In this document: positions 1 through 10,530 of the stretch, one piece after another
Position numbering within the stretch: the stretch's first letter is position 1
Layout of the letters: each line of letters starts with the position of its first letter
Assembly: GCA_964016885.1 (NCBI GenBank)
Contig: OZ024766.1
Span: 16,306,001-16,370,000, forward strand
Direction: 5' to 3'
Origin: Eledone cirrhosa
Taxonomy: Eukaryota
Length of the DNA stretch: 64,000 bases
Translations under genes and position numbers: made by a program
The notes under the pieces: model-generated
Seen by the model: the letters and a program-made list of their open reading frames with translations, nothing else
What the model was told of the DNA's origin: nothing
Databases searched by the model: none

Positions 1-760
1 TCCCTTCTTCCAATGTCAGTTGTCATACAGGTGTCCATGTCTGTCTTATTTAACTGGCTACTCCAGTGACTGTTCCTTCTAGTCCCTTCTTCCAATGTCA
101 GTTGTCATATAGGTGTCCATGGCTGTCTTATTTAACTGGCTACTCCAGTGACTGCTCCTTCTAGTCCCTTCTTCCAATGTCAGTTCTCATACAGGAGTCC
201 ATGGCTGTCTTATTTAACTGGCCACTCCAGTGACTGCTCCTTCTAGTCCCTTCTTCCAATGTCAGTTGTCATACAGGTGTCCATGGCTGTCTTATTTAAC
301 TGGCTACTCCAGTGACTAATACTTCTAGTCCCTTCTTCCAATGTCAGTTGTCATACAGGAGTCCATGGCTGTCTTATTTAACTGGCTACTCCAGTGACTG
401 CTCCTTCTAGTCCCTTCTTCCAATCTCAGTTGTCATATAGAAGTTCATGGCTGTCTTATTTAACTGGCTACTCCTGTGACTGCTCCCTCTAGTCCCTTCT
501 TCCGATGTCAGTTGTCATACAGGTGTCCATGGCTGTCTTATTTAACTGGCCACTCCAGTGACTGCTCCTTCTAGTCTCTTCTTCCAATGTCAGTTGTCAT
601 ACAGGCGTCCATGGCTGTCTTATTTAACTGGCTACTGCAGTGACTGCTCCTTCTAGTCTCTTCTTCCAATGTCAGTTGTCATACAGGAGTCCATAGCTGT
701 CTTATTTAACTGGCTACTCCAGTGACTGCCCCTTCTTGTCTCTTCTTCCAATGTCGATTG
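1..760. repeat. 82-bp satellite array A (>=9 monomers, cut by window start)
   Basis: Monomer TCCCTTCTTCCAATGTCAGTTGTCATACAGGWGTCCATGGCTGTCTTATTTAACTGGCTACTCCAGTGACTGCTCCTTCTAG; TCCC at positions 1 and 83 gives the period. Confidence 0.97.
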
Positions 761-1165
761 CCATGCAGGAGTTGATGTTCTTTAGATGCTTCTCGGTATG
801 TGCTGCACTCTTCCACCAAATCACCTGAGATCCTCAATTGACGTTGGTCCTTGAACAATATGCAGAAGTGGCTGTAAATAAAAACTCTCTCTGTTGTTGG
901 GGTGGTCATTGTAAACATGCCCAATAGCATCACTTGCCTTGACTTCATCACCTTGCACTAAATGACCCTGCTTCCTTTGATTCCAAGTCTTACAATTGGT
1001 CCAGGTGTAGTATTTTGGGATGTCAGCATATAGGAGGGATCGAACAAATTCTTTAGTCTGGCAGTGTTTCAAAAAAGCAGTTAGAGTAGTGTCAGGTGGT
1101 GCTGGTGTCAACTGATGAGCAGTGGTTTCAGGGAAGTACACACTCTGTCCATTTTCTATATGTAT
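761..1165 (-). mobile_element. Decayed Helitron RepHel internal fragment (region between Rep and PIF1 helicase), upstream half
   Basis: Translation HIENGQSVYF...PPDTTLTAF...LLYADIPKYYTW...IGHVYNDHPNNRESFYLQPLLHIVQGPTSIEDLR, then frameshift to CSTYREA..LLHGNRHW; resembles recalled Helitron consensus HLENGQRVYF/TTLTAFF/GRVYTVHP/FYLRLLL..V.GPTSF.DLR/TYREAC. Confidence 0.88.
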
Positions 1166-1173
1166 AGAGATAA

Positions 1174-1455
1174 GGATGAAAAGCAAAGTTAATCCCTCAG
1201 AGGTTAGCTTTGCCTTTCATCCCTACGGGTTTGATAAAATAAAGTACCAGTAATGTACTGGGGTATTGCTGGCCTTGTGCCTAATGTAGAAACAATTATT
1301 ACGTGGTCGATAAAATAAAGTACCAGTAATTCACTGCCGTATTTACTGGCCTTGTGCCTAAAGTAGAAACAATTATTACGGGGTCGATAAAATAAAGTAC
1401 CAGTAATACACTAGGGTAATTGCTGGCCTTGTGCCAAAAGTAGAAACAATTATCA
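1174..1455 (+). mobile_element. 5'-truncated SINE with three tandem ~77-bp 3' tails and a fold-back head
   Basis: GAGGTTAGCTTTGCCTTTCATCC..GATAAAATAAAGTACCAG matches the full SINE at 2817; tail repeats start at ~1225, 1301 and 1378. Confidence 0.75.
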
Positions 1456-2191
1456 CATTTCTTTTTAATAAATCACATCACTATAGAATTAAATACGACT
1501 GGAAATGTGTGTGAAGGTACTAAATTATGTCAGGGACTTGTCACGTTTGACACCGTACGAGAGTTGAAACATTCGCTAAGACACCGAGTACCTGCTGTCT
1601 TCGTTATAACTTTAATTAATCTAATTATATCTTGTGTAACAATTATATATATATACACACACACAATTTTAATTCCCCGACATCAGTCTTACACTGTCAT
1701 ATCTATTCTTACTTTACAATTGTGTCTACTAAGAATTCCATTACAATCTAGTAAAACTACTATTTCACCAGAACATCTGCTATCAGTCATTTATAGACAA
1801 TATATATATTTTAGACCACATATCAACCTAATATATATATTTCCTATCAAATCTGTAGCTAAAGACATAAAGTCAGCCTCACTACTTCATTCTGACAAGA
1901 TATCAATTTATGACTAAAGATGAAGAAGATACACCAACGTTAATGTCGTGAAATAAAGCTGATAACATTGAAACTTCTAATTTGATAACAAAGAGATTAT
2001 TTCTTTGGTTGTTTAGTAACAACTAACAACACAATACATTGATTATATGTGAAGGAGGTAAGTTGACAAAGATTTACTTAATGTCTATATTAATGTGTGT
2101 AAATAATATAATTACTTGAACCTTACAACGATCTAGTAATTAACCAGATTCCACTGTTACATGTGATATAAAATATATTGTTATGACTGTC

Positions 2192-2500
2192 TTTATTATT
2201 TAAATTACCTCCGTCTATTTAATTATGTGGTTCACTACCTTACATTATAAAATATAGTTTATATTTAGCTGTACCTTGTTATTGCTTTAAGTAAATTAAA
2301 GATATATTTATTATTTATATTACCCCCGTCAATTTAATTATCTTGTTCACTACCATACATTATAAAATATAGTTTATATTTAGCTGTACCTTGTTATTGC
2401 TTTAAGTAAATTAAAGATATATTTATTATTTAAATTACCCCCGTCAATTTAATTATCTTGTTCACTACCTTACATTATAAAGTATATTTTATATTCAGTT
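2192..2500. repeat. 115-bp AT-rich minisatellite, ~2.7 copies
   Basis: TACC(T/C)CCGTC recurs at 2206, 2321 and 2436. Confidence 0.9.
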
Positions 2501-2756
2501 TTAGTCTAAATCTCTTACAATTTAATTAACTTCATCTACTTATGGTTGAACATTACTTTATTGTGGGTTTCATTTCATTATAATTATGTCTGATTAGCCA
2601 GCCAAGTAGGGGTTGAGTATCTGTATTTCAGGGAACTGCTTTGATGGTGAAGGGACATCTGTTGGTGTGGGATCTCGGTGGCTGTACATAATAAGGTTCT
2701 AATACTCTAAAGAGCTAGCTGAATAACCGTCTGATACATGTCTTGTATAGAGGATC

Positions 2757-3126
2757 ATAAAGCCACGTATAGAAGAGCAGTCAGCAATGTCAGGATTAAC
2801 ATTCATTATAGTGAAGTGGCAGTATCGGTAGAGAGTCGGACACCATGGTTTGAGGCACAGAGTTACGTCCCTTTATGATCTGAGTTCAAATCCCGCCGAG
2901 GTTAACTTTGCCTTACATCCATACGGGGTTGATAAAATAAAGTACCAGTAATGTACTGGGTAATTGCTGGCCTTGTGTTTAAAATAGAAACAATTATAGT
3001 GAAGAATTTGGAGTGTAGTCTGGTGTCCACCAGGGCTCTGTTCTTAGCCCTCACTTAGTTATTATCGTCCTGCAGCCTATAACAGAGATGTTTAAGACTG
3101 GCTGCCCATGGGAACTCCTGTATGCT
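2757..3126 (+). mobile_element. RTE-like LINE reverse transcriptase fragment, interrupted by a SINE
   Basis: Removing the SINE gives KATYRRAVSNVRINIHYSEEFGV*SGVHQGSVLSPHLVIIVLQPITEMFKTGCPWELLYA (QG motif up to YA[DD]). Confidence 0.85.
2817..2992 (+). mobile_element. Near full-length tRNA-derived SINE with 12-bp target-site duplication
   Basis: A-box-like TGGCAGTATCGG, B-box GAGTTCAAATCC; TSD ATTATAGTGAAG at 2805-2816 and 2993-3004. Confidence 0.85.
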
Positions 3127-3690
3127 CAGCAGGTCCTGAAGAATGCGATCATGTGCATTTTCAAGGTCTATAAAACGATAATATATACCTCTTAGCAATA
3201 CTCCCACGATTTCTCAAAGACCTGCCACAGTGTGAATATTTGGTGGGTTATGTTGCACCCAGGGAGAAAACAGCACTGTCCATCAGCTAGCTTGGACTCG
3301 CTACATCACTTTGCCAGAAACTTTGCATATACTTTACCAGGGAGTCTTAACAAGGTGATCCCTCTCTATTTGGAACAATCTCTCGTGTGTCCCTTTTTAT
3401 AAATTGGGATTATCACTCCCGATTGCCTTTGCTTGAGTGCCATTTCAGAGACCCAGGCCATCTGACACACATGAGTCGGTCACATTTGAGCTCTTTAATT
3501 GCTCTTGTGACCTCAGCCTCCGAGAGATTAGTCACCGCTATCAGATTCACATCATGTACATCCAAAGATGCTGTTGTGATCAGGTTTGGGAGATCAGCAA
3601 AGAATTCTCTCCACCTCATGAGGATCCATCTCTCTGAAGAGAAAAGAACCCCAGATGCACTCATGGTTGCAGGTGTGGAGGAAGATTTCT
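3127..3690 (-). mobile_element. RTE-like LINE fragment, N-terminal part of RT
   Basis: Minus-strand peptides ILMRWREFF, LSEAEVTRAIKELK, IYKKG..RDCSK*RGITLL.LPGKVYA and FIDLENA.DRI. Confidence 0.85.
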
Positions 3691-4214
3691 TGTAACTAAT
3701 TTAACTAATTAAAAACTAAAATAATTTGATTTTTCAATAAAAAGTTTCCAGGGTTTATAGATGTAAAATTTCCACTGTTAAATCTATCTCTGCTTCTTAA
3801 GTATTCTCTATTATTTCATACTGTTTCTTTTTCATTTCAGAATATCAGATGACATTAGGATAAATTATTATTTTCAATCTTGGATACATCACCTCTATTT
3901 ATCATCATTTGAAGATTAAAACTTTTTAAACAGAACTTATATAACACTGTTTATATAAATCTATCAGAATTACTGTGATATATTTCCTCAGAACTGAGTT
4001 TAAAGACAAAATTCCTTTTCTTCACTGTGTGGTATATATATATGAGAGATATATTTTGTATTTTAACTCAGCTTCAATGACAAAGAAGTTTGCATCATCT
4101 TCAGGTATTAACTGAGATCATAATTGAGGGAAATATAACAGAAATAATATTTTTTAGGAAAAAAAATATTAAAGAATAACATCTGTAAATTCTGCCAAGG
4201 GTAGAAGAATTATT

Positions 4215-5828
4215 ATGGAAAATAAATTGAGTGAAAAGAAGATTAAATGTGAAACAATGTCTAAAGATATGGCTATTCCAGAAGAGATGTTAAAGGATAG
4301 AGGAGAGAAGCCATATCACTGTGATGTTTGTGGTAAATCATTCTCTGAAAGTAGTACCTTAACTAGCCACAAACGTACACATACAGGAGAGAAGCCATAT
4401 CACTGTGATATCTGTGGTAAATCATTCTTTGTTAATGGTGAATTAACTAGACACAAACGTACACATACAGGTGAGAAGCCATATCACTGTGATATCTGTG
4501 GTGAATCATTCTCTCAAAGTAGTACCTTAACTAGCCACAAACGTACACATACAGGAGAGAAGCCATATCACTGTGATATCTGTGGTAAATCATTTTCTGG
4601 AAGTGGTCATTTAAATAGCCACATGCGTATACATACAGGTGAGAAGCCATATCACTGTGATATCTGTAGTAAATCATTCTCTTTTAGGAGTAATTTAACT
4701 AGCCACGTGCGTATACATATAGGTGACAAACCATATCACTGTGATATCTGTGGTAAATCATTCTCTCGAAGTAGTATATTAACTTGTCACATCCGTACCC
4801 ATACAGGTGATAAGCCATATCACTGTGATGTCTGTGGTAAATCATTCTCTCACAGTGATACCTTAACTAGCCACGTACGTACCCATACAGGAGACAAACC
4901 ATATAACTGTGATATCTGTGGTAAATCATTCTCTAAAAGTAGTATATTAACTAACCACATGCTTATACATATAGGTGAGAAACCATATTGCTGTGATATC
5001 TGTGGTAAATCATTCTTTGTTAATAGTGAATTAACTAGACACAAACGTACACATACAGGTGAGAAGCCATATCACTGTGATATTTGTGGTAAATCATTCT
5101 CTGAAAGTGGTAGCTTAACTAGACACAAACGTATACATACAGGAGAGAAACCATATCACTGTGATATCTGTGGTAAATCATTCTCTCGAAGTAGTCATTT
5201 AACTACACACAAACATATACATACAGGAGAGAAGCCATATCACTGTGATATCTGTGGTAAATCATTCTCTTTTAGTAGTAATTTAACTTCTCACATACGT
5301 ACTCATACAGGAGACAAGCCTTATCACTGTGATATCTGTGGTAAATCATTCTTTGTTAATAGTAATTTAACTAGTCACAAAAGTATACATACAGGAGAGA
5401 AACCATATCGCTGTGATATCTGTGGTCAATCATTCTCTCTAAGTAGTATATTAACTTATCACATCCGTACCCATACAGGTGACAAGCCATATCACTGTGA
5501 TATCTGTGGTAAATCATTCTCTAGAAGTGGTAACTTAACTACACACAAACGTATACATACAGTAGAGAAGCCAAATCACTGTGATATCTGTGGTAAATCA
5601 TTCTCTGAAAGTAGTAATTTAACTAGCCACATGCGTACCCATACAGGTGACAAACCATATCACTGTCATATCTGTGGTAAATCATTCTCTCGAAGAAGTT
5701 ACTTAACTCAACACTTACGTATCCATACAGGTGAGAAGCCACATCGCTGTGATATCTGTGGTAAATCATTCTCTCAATTAAGTAGTTTAACTAGACACAA
5801 ACATAACCATACAGGTAAGAAACCATAA
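4215..5828 (+). CDS. C2H2 zinc-finger protein, 537 aa, 18 fingers, short N-terminal leader
   Basis: Uninterrupted ORF with 18 CxxC-x12-HxxxH repeats and TGEKPY linkers. Confidence 0.95.
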   Translation: MENKLSEKKIKCETMSKDMAIPEEMLKDRGEKPYHCDVCGKSFSESSTLTSHKRTHTGEKPYHCDICGKSFFVNGELTRHKRTHTGEKPYHCDICGESFSQSSTLTSHKRTHTGEKPYHCDICGKSFSGSGHLNSHMRIHTGEKPYHCDICSKSFSFRSNLTSHVRIHIGDKPYHCDICGKSFSRSSILTCHIRTHTGDKPYHCDVCGKSFSHSDTLTSHVRTHTGDKPYNCDICGKSFSKSSILTNHMLIHIGEKPYCCDICGKSFFVNSELTRHKRTHTGEKPYHCDICGKSFSESGSLTRHKRIHTGEKPYHCDICGKSFSRSSHLTTHKHIHTGEKPYHCDICGKSFSFSSNLTSHIRTHTGDKPYHCDICGKSFFVNSNLTSHKSIHTGEKPYRCDICGQSFSLSSILTYHIRTHTGDKPYHCDICGKSFSRSGNLTTHKRIHTVEKPNHCDICGKSFSESSNLTSHMRTHTGDKPYHCHICGKSFSRRSYLTQHLRIHTGEKPHRCDICGKSFSQLSSLTRHKHNHTGKKP

Positions 5829-6353
<525 letters not shown>

Positions 6354-6449
6354 AACACAAGGTTACTTAATGTAACACAAACACAATCAGACAAGATAAA
6401 AACCATGTCACTCAGCCAAAATAGTGCCACCAATGTTGTTAATGTTTTG

Positions 6450-6455
6450 AATAAA
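6450..6455 (+). promoter_or_regulatory. Candidate polyadenylation signal (paralogs at 16651, 30841, 38817)
   Basis: AATAAA followed by GT-rich CTTGTTTGTTCTG, conserved in all four modules. Confidence 0.5.
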
Positions 6456-6551
6456 TCTTGTTTGTTCTGAAATTATTCTCCTTTCATTTTATTTGTAGAA
6501 GTTGTAACCAAGACTTATGCTGACAAATCTGTATGGTACAGAATTTACAAA

Positions 6552-6596
<45 letters not shown>

Positions 6597-6802
6597 CCAA
6601 AACATCTATGATCTCGGTTTACAGCTGATGAAGGGTTTCTTCTCTCCTTTCATCCATATTACCATCTTAAACTTTGTTTACAGTAACCACACAGCTCCTT
6701 TCGTTTCTTATATATATATATATAACAAAGGAGGTGTGGTAAAGAACCAGATGGACCATATACGCACCAGAGTACTCGATACTTAGGGTAGTAGAGCGGG
6801 TA

Positions 6803-6925
6803 ATAGGAAAATGTTTAACCCCGACGGCAGAGCTCAATCTGTTTCGACGGCTATTTCTGGAAACAGTCCAGACATAACCGTCGAAATGGCTTCAGCTCTG
6901 CCGTCGGGGTTAAACATTTTCCTAT
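6803..6925. repeat. Palindrome IR1 (~59-bp arms, 5-nt loop)
   Basis: ATAGGAAAATGTTTAACCCCGACGGCAGAGCT ... AGCTCTGCCGTCGGGGTTAAACATTTTCCTAT. Confidence 0.93.
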
Positions 6926-7084
6926 ATATATATATACATATGTATGAGTGTATATGTCAGTGTGTAGAAGTTTCTGTCCATGAAAATGATTATCTTTATT
7001 TGTGTATATATGTGTGTGTGTATGTTTATGTGTTCTTATATACGTGTGTGCACATCTTGATGTATTTTCAGTGTCTGTTCTAGT

Positions 7085-7170
7085 TCTCAGAGTACAAATC
7101 CCACTGAGGTAAAGTTGCTTCGTTATTTTGAGGTCAATAAATGAAATACCAGTGAAATACTGGGGGTGTG
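7085..7170 (+). mobile_element. Older degraded copy of the same SINE family (paralogs at ~17281, 31471, 39460)
   Basis: GAGTACAAATCCCACTGAGGT...GGTCAATAAATGAAATACCAGTGAAATACTGGGG. Confidence 0.6.
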
Positions 7171-7240
7171 GGGTTAATTCCTCTTCTTTGTCATTGTCTG
7201 TTTGTCTACTCTTCTCTTTCTCTGTATATATATATATATA

Positions 7241-7430
7241 TCCAAAATTAAGATAAATAAAATTAATCTATATCAAATTATGGGTGTCATGCCAGAAAGA
7301 CAGGCGCCATATCACTCGTAAAATAAGGTCCATGGAGCTTATTTCATGAGCGATATGGCGCCTGTCTTATTGGCATGACACCCATGATACGATTCAGATT
7401 AATTTCATTTTAATTTATCTTAATTTTGGA
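7241..7430. repeat. Palindrome IR2 (~95-bp arms centred on TCCATGGA) within a (TA)n tract; foldback/MITE-like
   Basis: TCCAAAATTAAGATAAA..ATGGGTGTCATGCCA..GACAGGCGCCATATC / GATATGGCGCCTGTC..TGGCATGACACCCAT..TTTATCTTAATTTTGGA. Confidence 0.92.
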
Positions 7431-8126
7431 TATATATATATATAAATAGGGCCTCTTAATTGTAGAGCTAACTCTGTTGAAAGGACCTGACTGCTGTTTC
7501 TAGTTGTCAATAACCCTATTCACGCAACTGGGACGAAGCTGGTATGATCTGTGTATTTTTAGTAGATAGAGCACGTGTTACTGGTCAGTCGCTGATTTGA
7601 ACTTGATGCGTAAACACAGATGGTTGGACTTCTTCCTTGTTGAGAATCCAAGATCTGGCTACTGTCGTTTACCAATCGATTAATTGGTGAAATATATTTC
7701 TTTAATGGAATATATACAAGGAAGATTAATCATTTTCTAAGGTATCTATTTTTGAAGTTCTAGTTAAACTTTATTTAGTTACCTACCTAGCTATGTGTGC
7801 TTACACACTTTTACAAATTATCCCCTGTGATTGTTTCATATGTTTATTTATATGTCAATTTCTAGTTGATATATATATAAAAATATATATATATATATAT
7901 ATATATATACGTGGAAAAGTAAAATATAGCAGAACAGACCGTTAAAAGATGTTTATTTAAAATAACACCTATGTAATGAAGACATGATAAATTGTCCTCG
8001 CGCTCTCTCTATATATAGAGAAAAGGTGAAGTTGGAAATAGCACGGAAAATATATTTTAGGGTCTGTTTTTCTGTTATTTATCTTTTGGTTCGTCAAAGT
8101 GACATTATTGAAAATATGGGAGGGAC

Positions 8127-8260
8127 ATCATCATTCATCATCATTTCATTTCACGTCCGCTTTCTCCCTGCTTGCAAGGGTGGGACGGGAACTGATTCTG
8201 GCTTGATTTCTACAGATGGATGCCCGTCTTAACGCCAACCTCACTTACAGTGAGTGCTGG
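8127..8260 (-). mobile_element. Second SINE-like fragment with (ATG)n-type tail (paralogs at ~18285-18420 and ~32497-32632)
   Basis: CATCATC..CACGTCCGCTTT..GGGTGGGACGG..GGATGCCC.TC.TAACGCCAACC resembles an abundant octopus interspersed repeat, from recall only. Confidence 0.55.
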
Positions 8261-8261
8261 G

Positions 8262-8623
8262 TACTGTCATGTTGAATGTTTTTCATGATGTTGTGGTCGG
8301 CATATTTCTGGTCATCCACCAGTCAAGATTTATTTTCATCAACAAACTTACGCAACACTTCAATATCATGGTTTGTCTCCTGAAAAACTGATTGTATTAC
8401 CTCAATTTCTTCTGGCTCTGGCATCCCGCGTTGCTATTCATTGCTGGAATTCAATGGGACAGGTTGCACAGAGATTGATTGTAAATCCTGGAGGTAGATT
8501 CCACATAAATATTGCTATAACATCTTTGGGCTAGGTGTAGATAGTCGTCTGACATATTGTTTTTGTACTCCTGCCAGGGTAGATGAGATTTATTCCAGAT
8601 GCTGTGAGTATAGTAGCAAACAA
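8262..8623 (-). mobile_element. Helitron RepHel fragment, downstream half
   Basis: LFATILTA..., WQEYKNNMSDDYLH..IYNQSL, GMPEPEE..ETNHDIEVLRKFVDEN..LVDDQKYA.HNIMKNI, the region leading into the PIF1 helicase. Confidence 0.8.
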
Positions 8624-9933
8624 CTGTCTTATTTAACTGGCTACTCCAGTGACTGCTCCTTCTAGTCCCTTCTTCCAATGTTAGTTGTCATACAGGTGCC
8701 CATGGCTGTCTTATTTAACTGGCCACTCCAGTGACTGCTCCTTCTAGTCTCTTCTTCCAATGTCAGTTGTCATACAGGTGTCCATGGCTGTCTTATTTAA
8801 CTGGCTACTCCAGTGACTGCTCCTTCTAGTCTCTTCTTCCAATGTCAGTTGTCATACAGGTGTCCATGGCTGTCTTATTTAACTGGCTACTCCAGTGACT
8901 GCTCCTTCTAGTCTCTTCTTCCAATGTCAGTTGTCATACAGGTGTCCATGGCTGTCTTATTTAACTGGCCACTTCAGTGACTGCTCCCTCTAGTCCCTTC
9001 TTCCAATGTCAGTTGTCATACAGGAGTCCATGGCTGTCTTATTTAACTGGCTACTCCAGTGACTGCTCCTTCTAGTCCCTTCTTCCAATGTCAGTTGTCA
9101 TACAGGAGTCCATGGATGTCTTACTTAACTGGCTACTCCAGTGACTGCTCCTTCTAGTCTCTTCTTCCAATGTCAGTTGTCATACAGGAGTCCATGGCTG
9201 TCTTATTTAACAGGCTACTCCAGTGACTGCTCCTTCTAGTCCCTTCTTCCAATGTCAGTTGTCATACAGGTGTCCATGGCTGTCTTATTTAACTGGCTAC
9301 TCCAGTGTCTGCTCCTTCTAGTCCCTTCTTCCAATGTCAGTTGTCATACAGGTGTCCATGGCTGTCTTATTTAACTGGCTACTCCAGTGACTGCTCCTTC
9401 TAGTCCCTTCTTCCAATGTCAGTTGTCATACAGGTGTCCATGGCTGTCTTATTTAACTGTCCACTCCAGTGACTGCTCCTTCTAGTCTCTCTTTCCAATG
9501 TCAGTTGTCATACAGGAGTCCATGGCTGTCTTATTTAACTGGCTACTCCAGTGACTGCTCCTTCTCGTCTCTTCTTCCAATGTCAGTTGTCATACAGGTG
9601 TCCATGGCTGTCTTATTTAACTGGCTATTCCAGTGACTGCTCCTTCTAGTCCATTCTTCCAATGTCAGTTGTCATACAGGAGTCCATGGCTGTCTTATTT
9701 AACTGGCTACTCCAGTGACTGCTCCTTCTAGTCTCTTCTTCCAATGTCAGTTGTCATACAGGTGTCCATGGCTGTCTTATTTAACTGGCTACTCCAGTGT
9801 CTGCTCCTTCTAGTCCCTTCTTCCAATGTCAGTTGTCATACAGGTGTCCATGGCTGTCTTATTTAACTGGCTACTCCAGTGACTGCTCCTTCTTGTCTCT
9901 TCTTCCAATGTCAGTTGTCATACAGGTGTCCAT
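8624..9933. repeat. 82-bp satellite array B (~16 monomers)
   Basis: Same monomer, flanked on both sides by collinear Helitron sequence. Confidence 0.97.
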
Positions 9934-10315
9934 AGTATGCTTCTTGGGATGTGCTGCTCTCTGCCACCAAATCACCTGAGATCCTCAAATGACGTTGGTC
10001 CTTGAACAATATGCAGAAGTGACTGTAAATAAAAACTCTCTCTGTTGTTGGGGTGGTCATTGTAAACATGCCCAATAGCATCACTTGCCTTGACTTCATC
10101 ACCTTCCACTAAATGACCCTGCTTCCTTTGATTCCAAGTCTTACAATTGGTCCAGGTGTAGTATTTTGGGATGTCAGCATATAGAAGGGATCGAACAAAT
10201 TCTTTATTCTGGCAGTGTTTCAAAAAAGCAGTTAGAGTAGTGTCAGGTGGTGCTGGTGTCAACTGATGAGCAGTGGTTTCAGTGAAGTACACACTCTGTC
10301 CATTTTCTATATGTA
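9934..10315 (-). mobile_element. Helitron RepHel fragment, upstream half (module 2)
   Basis: ORF 9972-10337 ending VQGPTSFEDLR; paralog of 761-1165. Confidence 0.88.
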
Positions 10316-10324
10316 TAGAGATAA

Positions 10325-10530
10325 GGATGAAAAGCAAAGTTAATCCCTCAGAGGTTAGCTTTGCCTTTCATCCATACGGGGTCGATAAAATGAAGTACCA
10401 GTAATGTACTGAGGTATTTACTGGCCTTGTGCCTAAAGTAGAAACAATTATTACGGGGTCAATAAAATAAAGTACCAGTAATACACTAGGGTAATTGCTG
10501 GCCTTGTGCAAAAAGTAGAAACAATTATCA
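10325..10530 (+). mobile_element. Truncated SINE with two tandem tails
   Basis: Paralog of 1174-1455. Confidence 0.75.

Larger units (their letters stand above)
2058..3840 (+). other. Putative 5'UTR intron of ZNF gene 1
   Basis: Donor GAG|GTAAGT at 2058; polypyrimidine acceptor TTTCTTTTTCATTTCAG at 3840; both conserved in all four modules. Confidence 0.7.

Noticed and set aside
821-1186. 121-aa ORF (and paralogs) as a domesticated gene
   Set aside because: Non-ATG start in SINE-derived sequence, frameshift at the end, and an in-frame stop in module 3.
1507-1917. 136-aa ORF upstream of the donor
   Set aside because: Non-ATG start, low complexity, and frame not preserved in paralogs; more likely promoter/5'UTR.
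2817-2900. tRNA gene
   Set aside because: A/B boxes only, no cloverleaf, and it continues into a SINE body with TSD.
3387-3695. Plus-strand 102-aa and 66-aa ORFs and their paralogs
   Set aside because: Antisense shadows of the LINE fragment.
4215-5828. PRDM9 or KRAB-ZNF orthology, or a gene symbol
   Set aside because: No KRAB or SET exons seen; lineage-specific expansion, so no symbol is supportable.
6517-7083. Short ORFs over (TA)n/(TG)n tracts and palindromes (also 16859-17332, 31218-31442, 38884-39757)
   Set aside because: Microsatellite-derived YIYI runs; mirrored peptides on both strands come from the palindrome; frames vary among modules.
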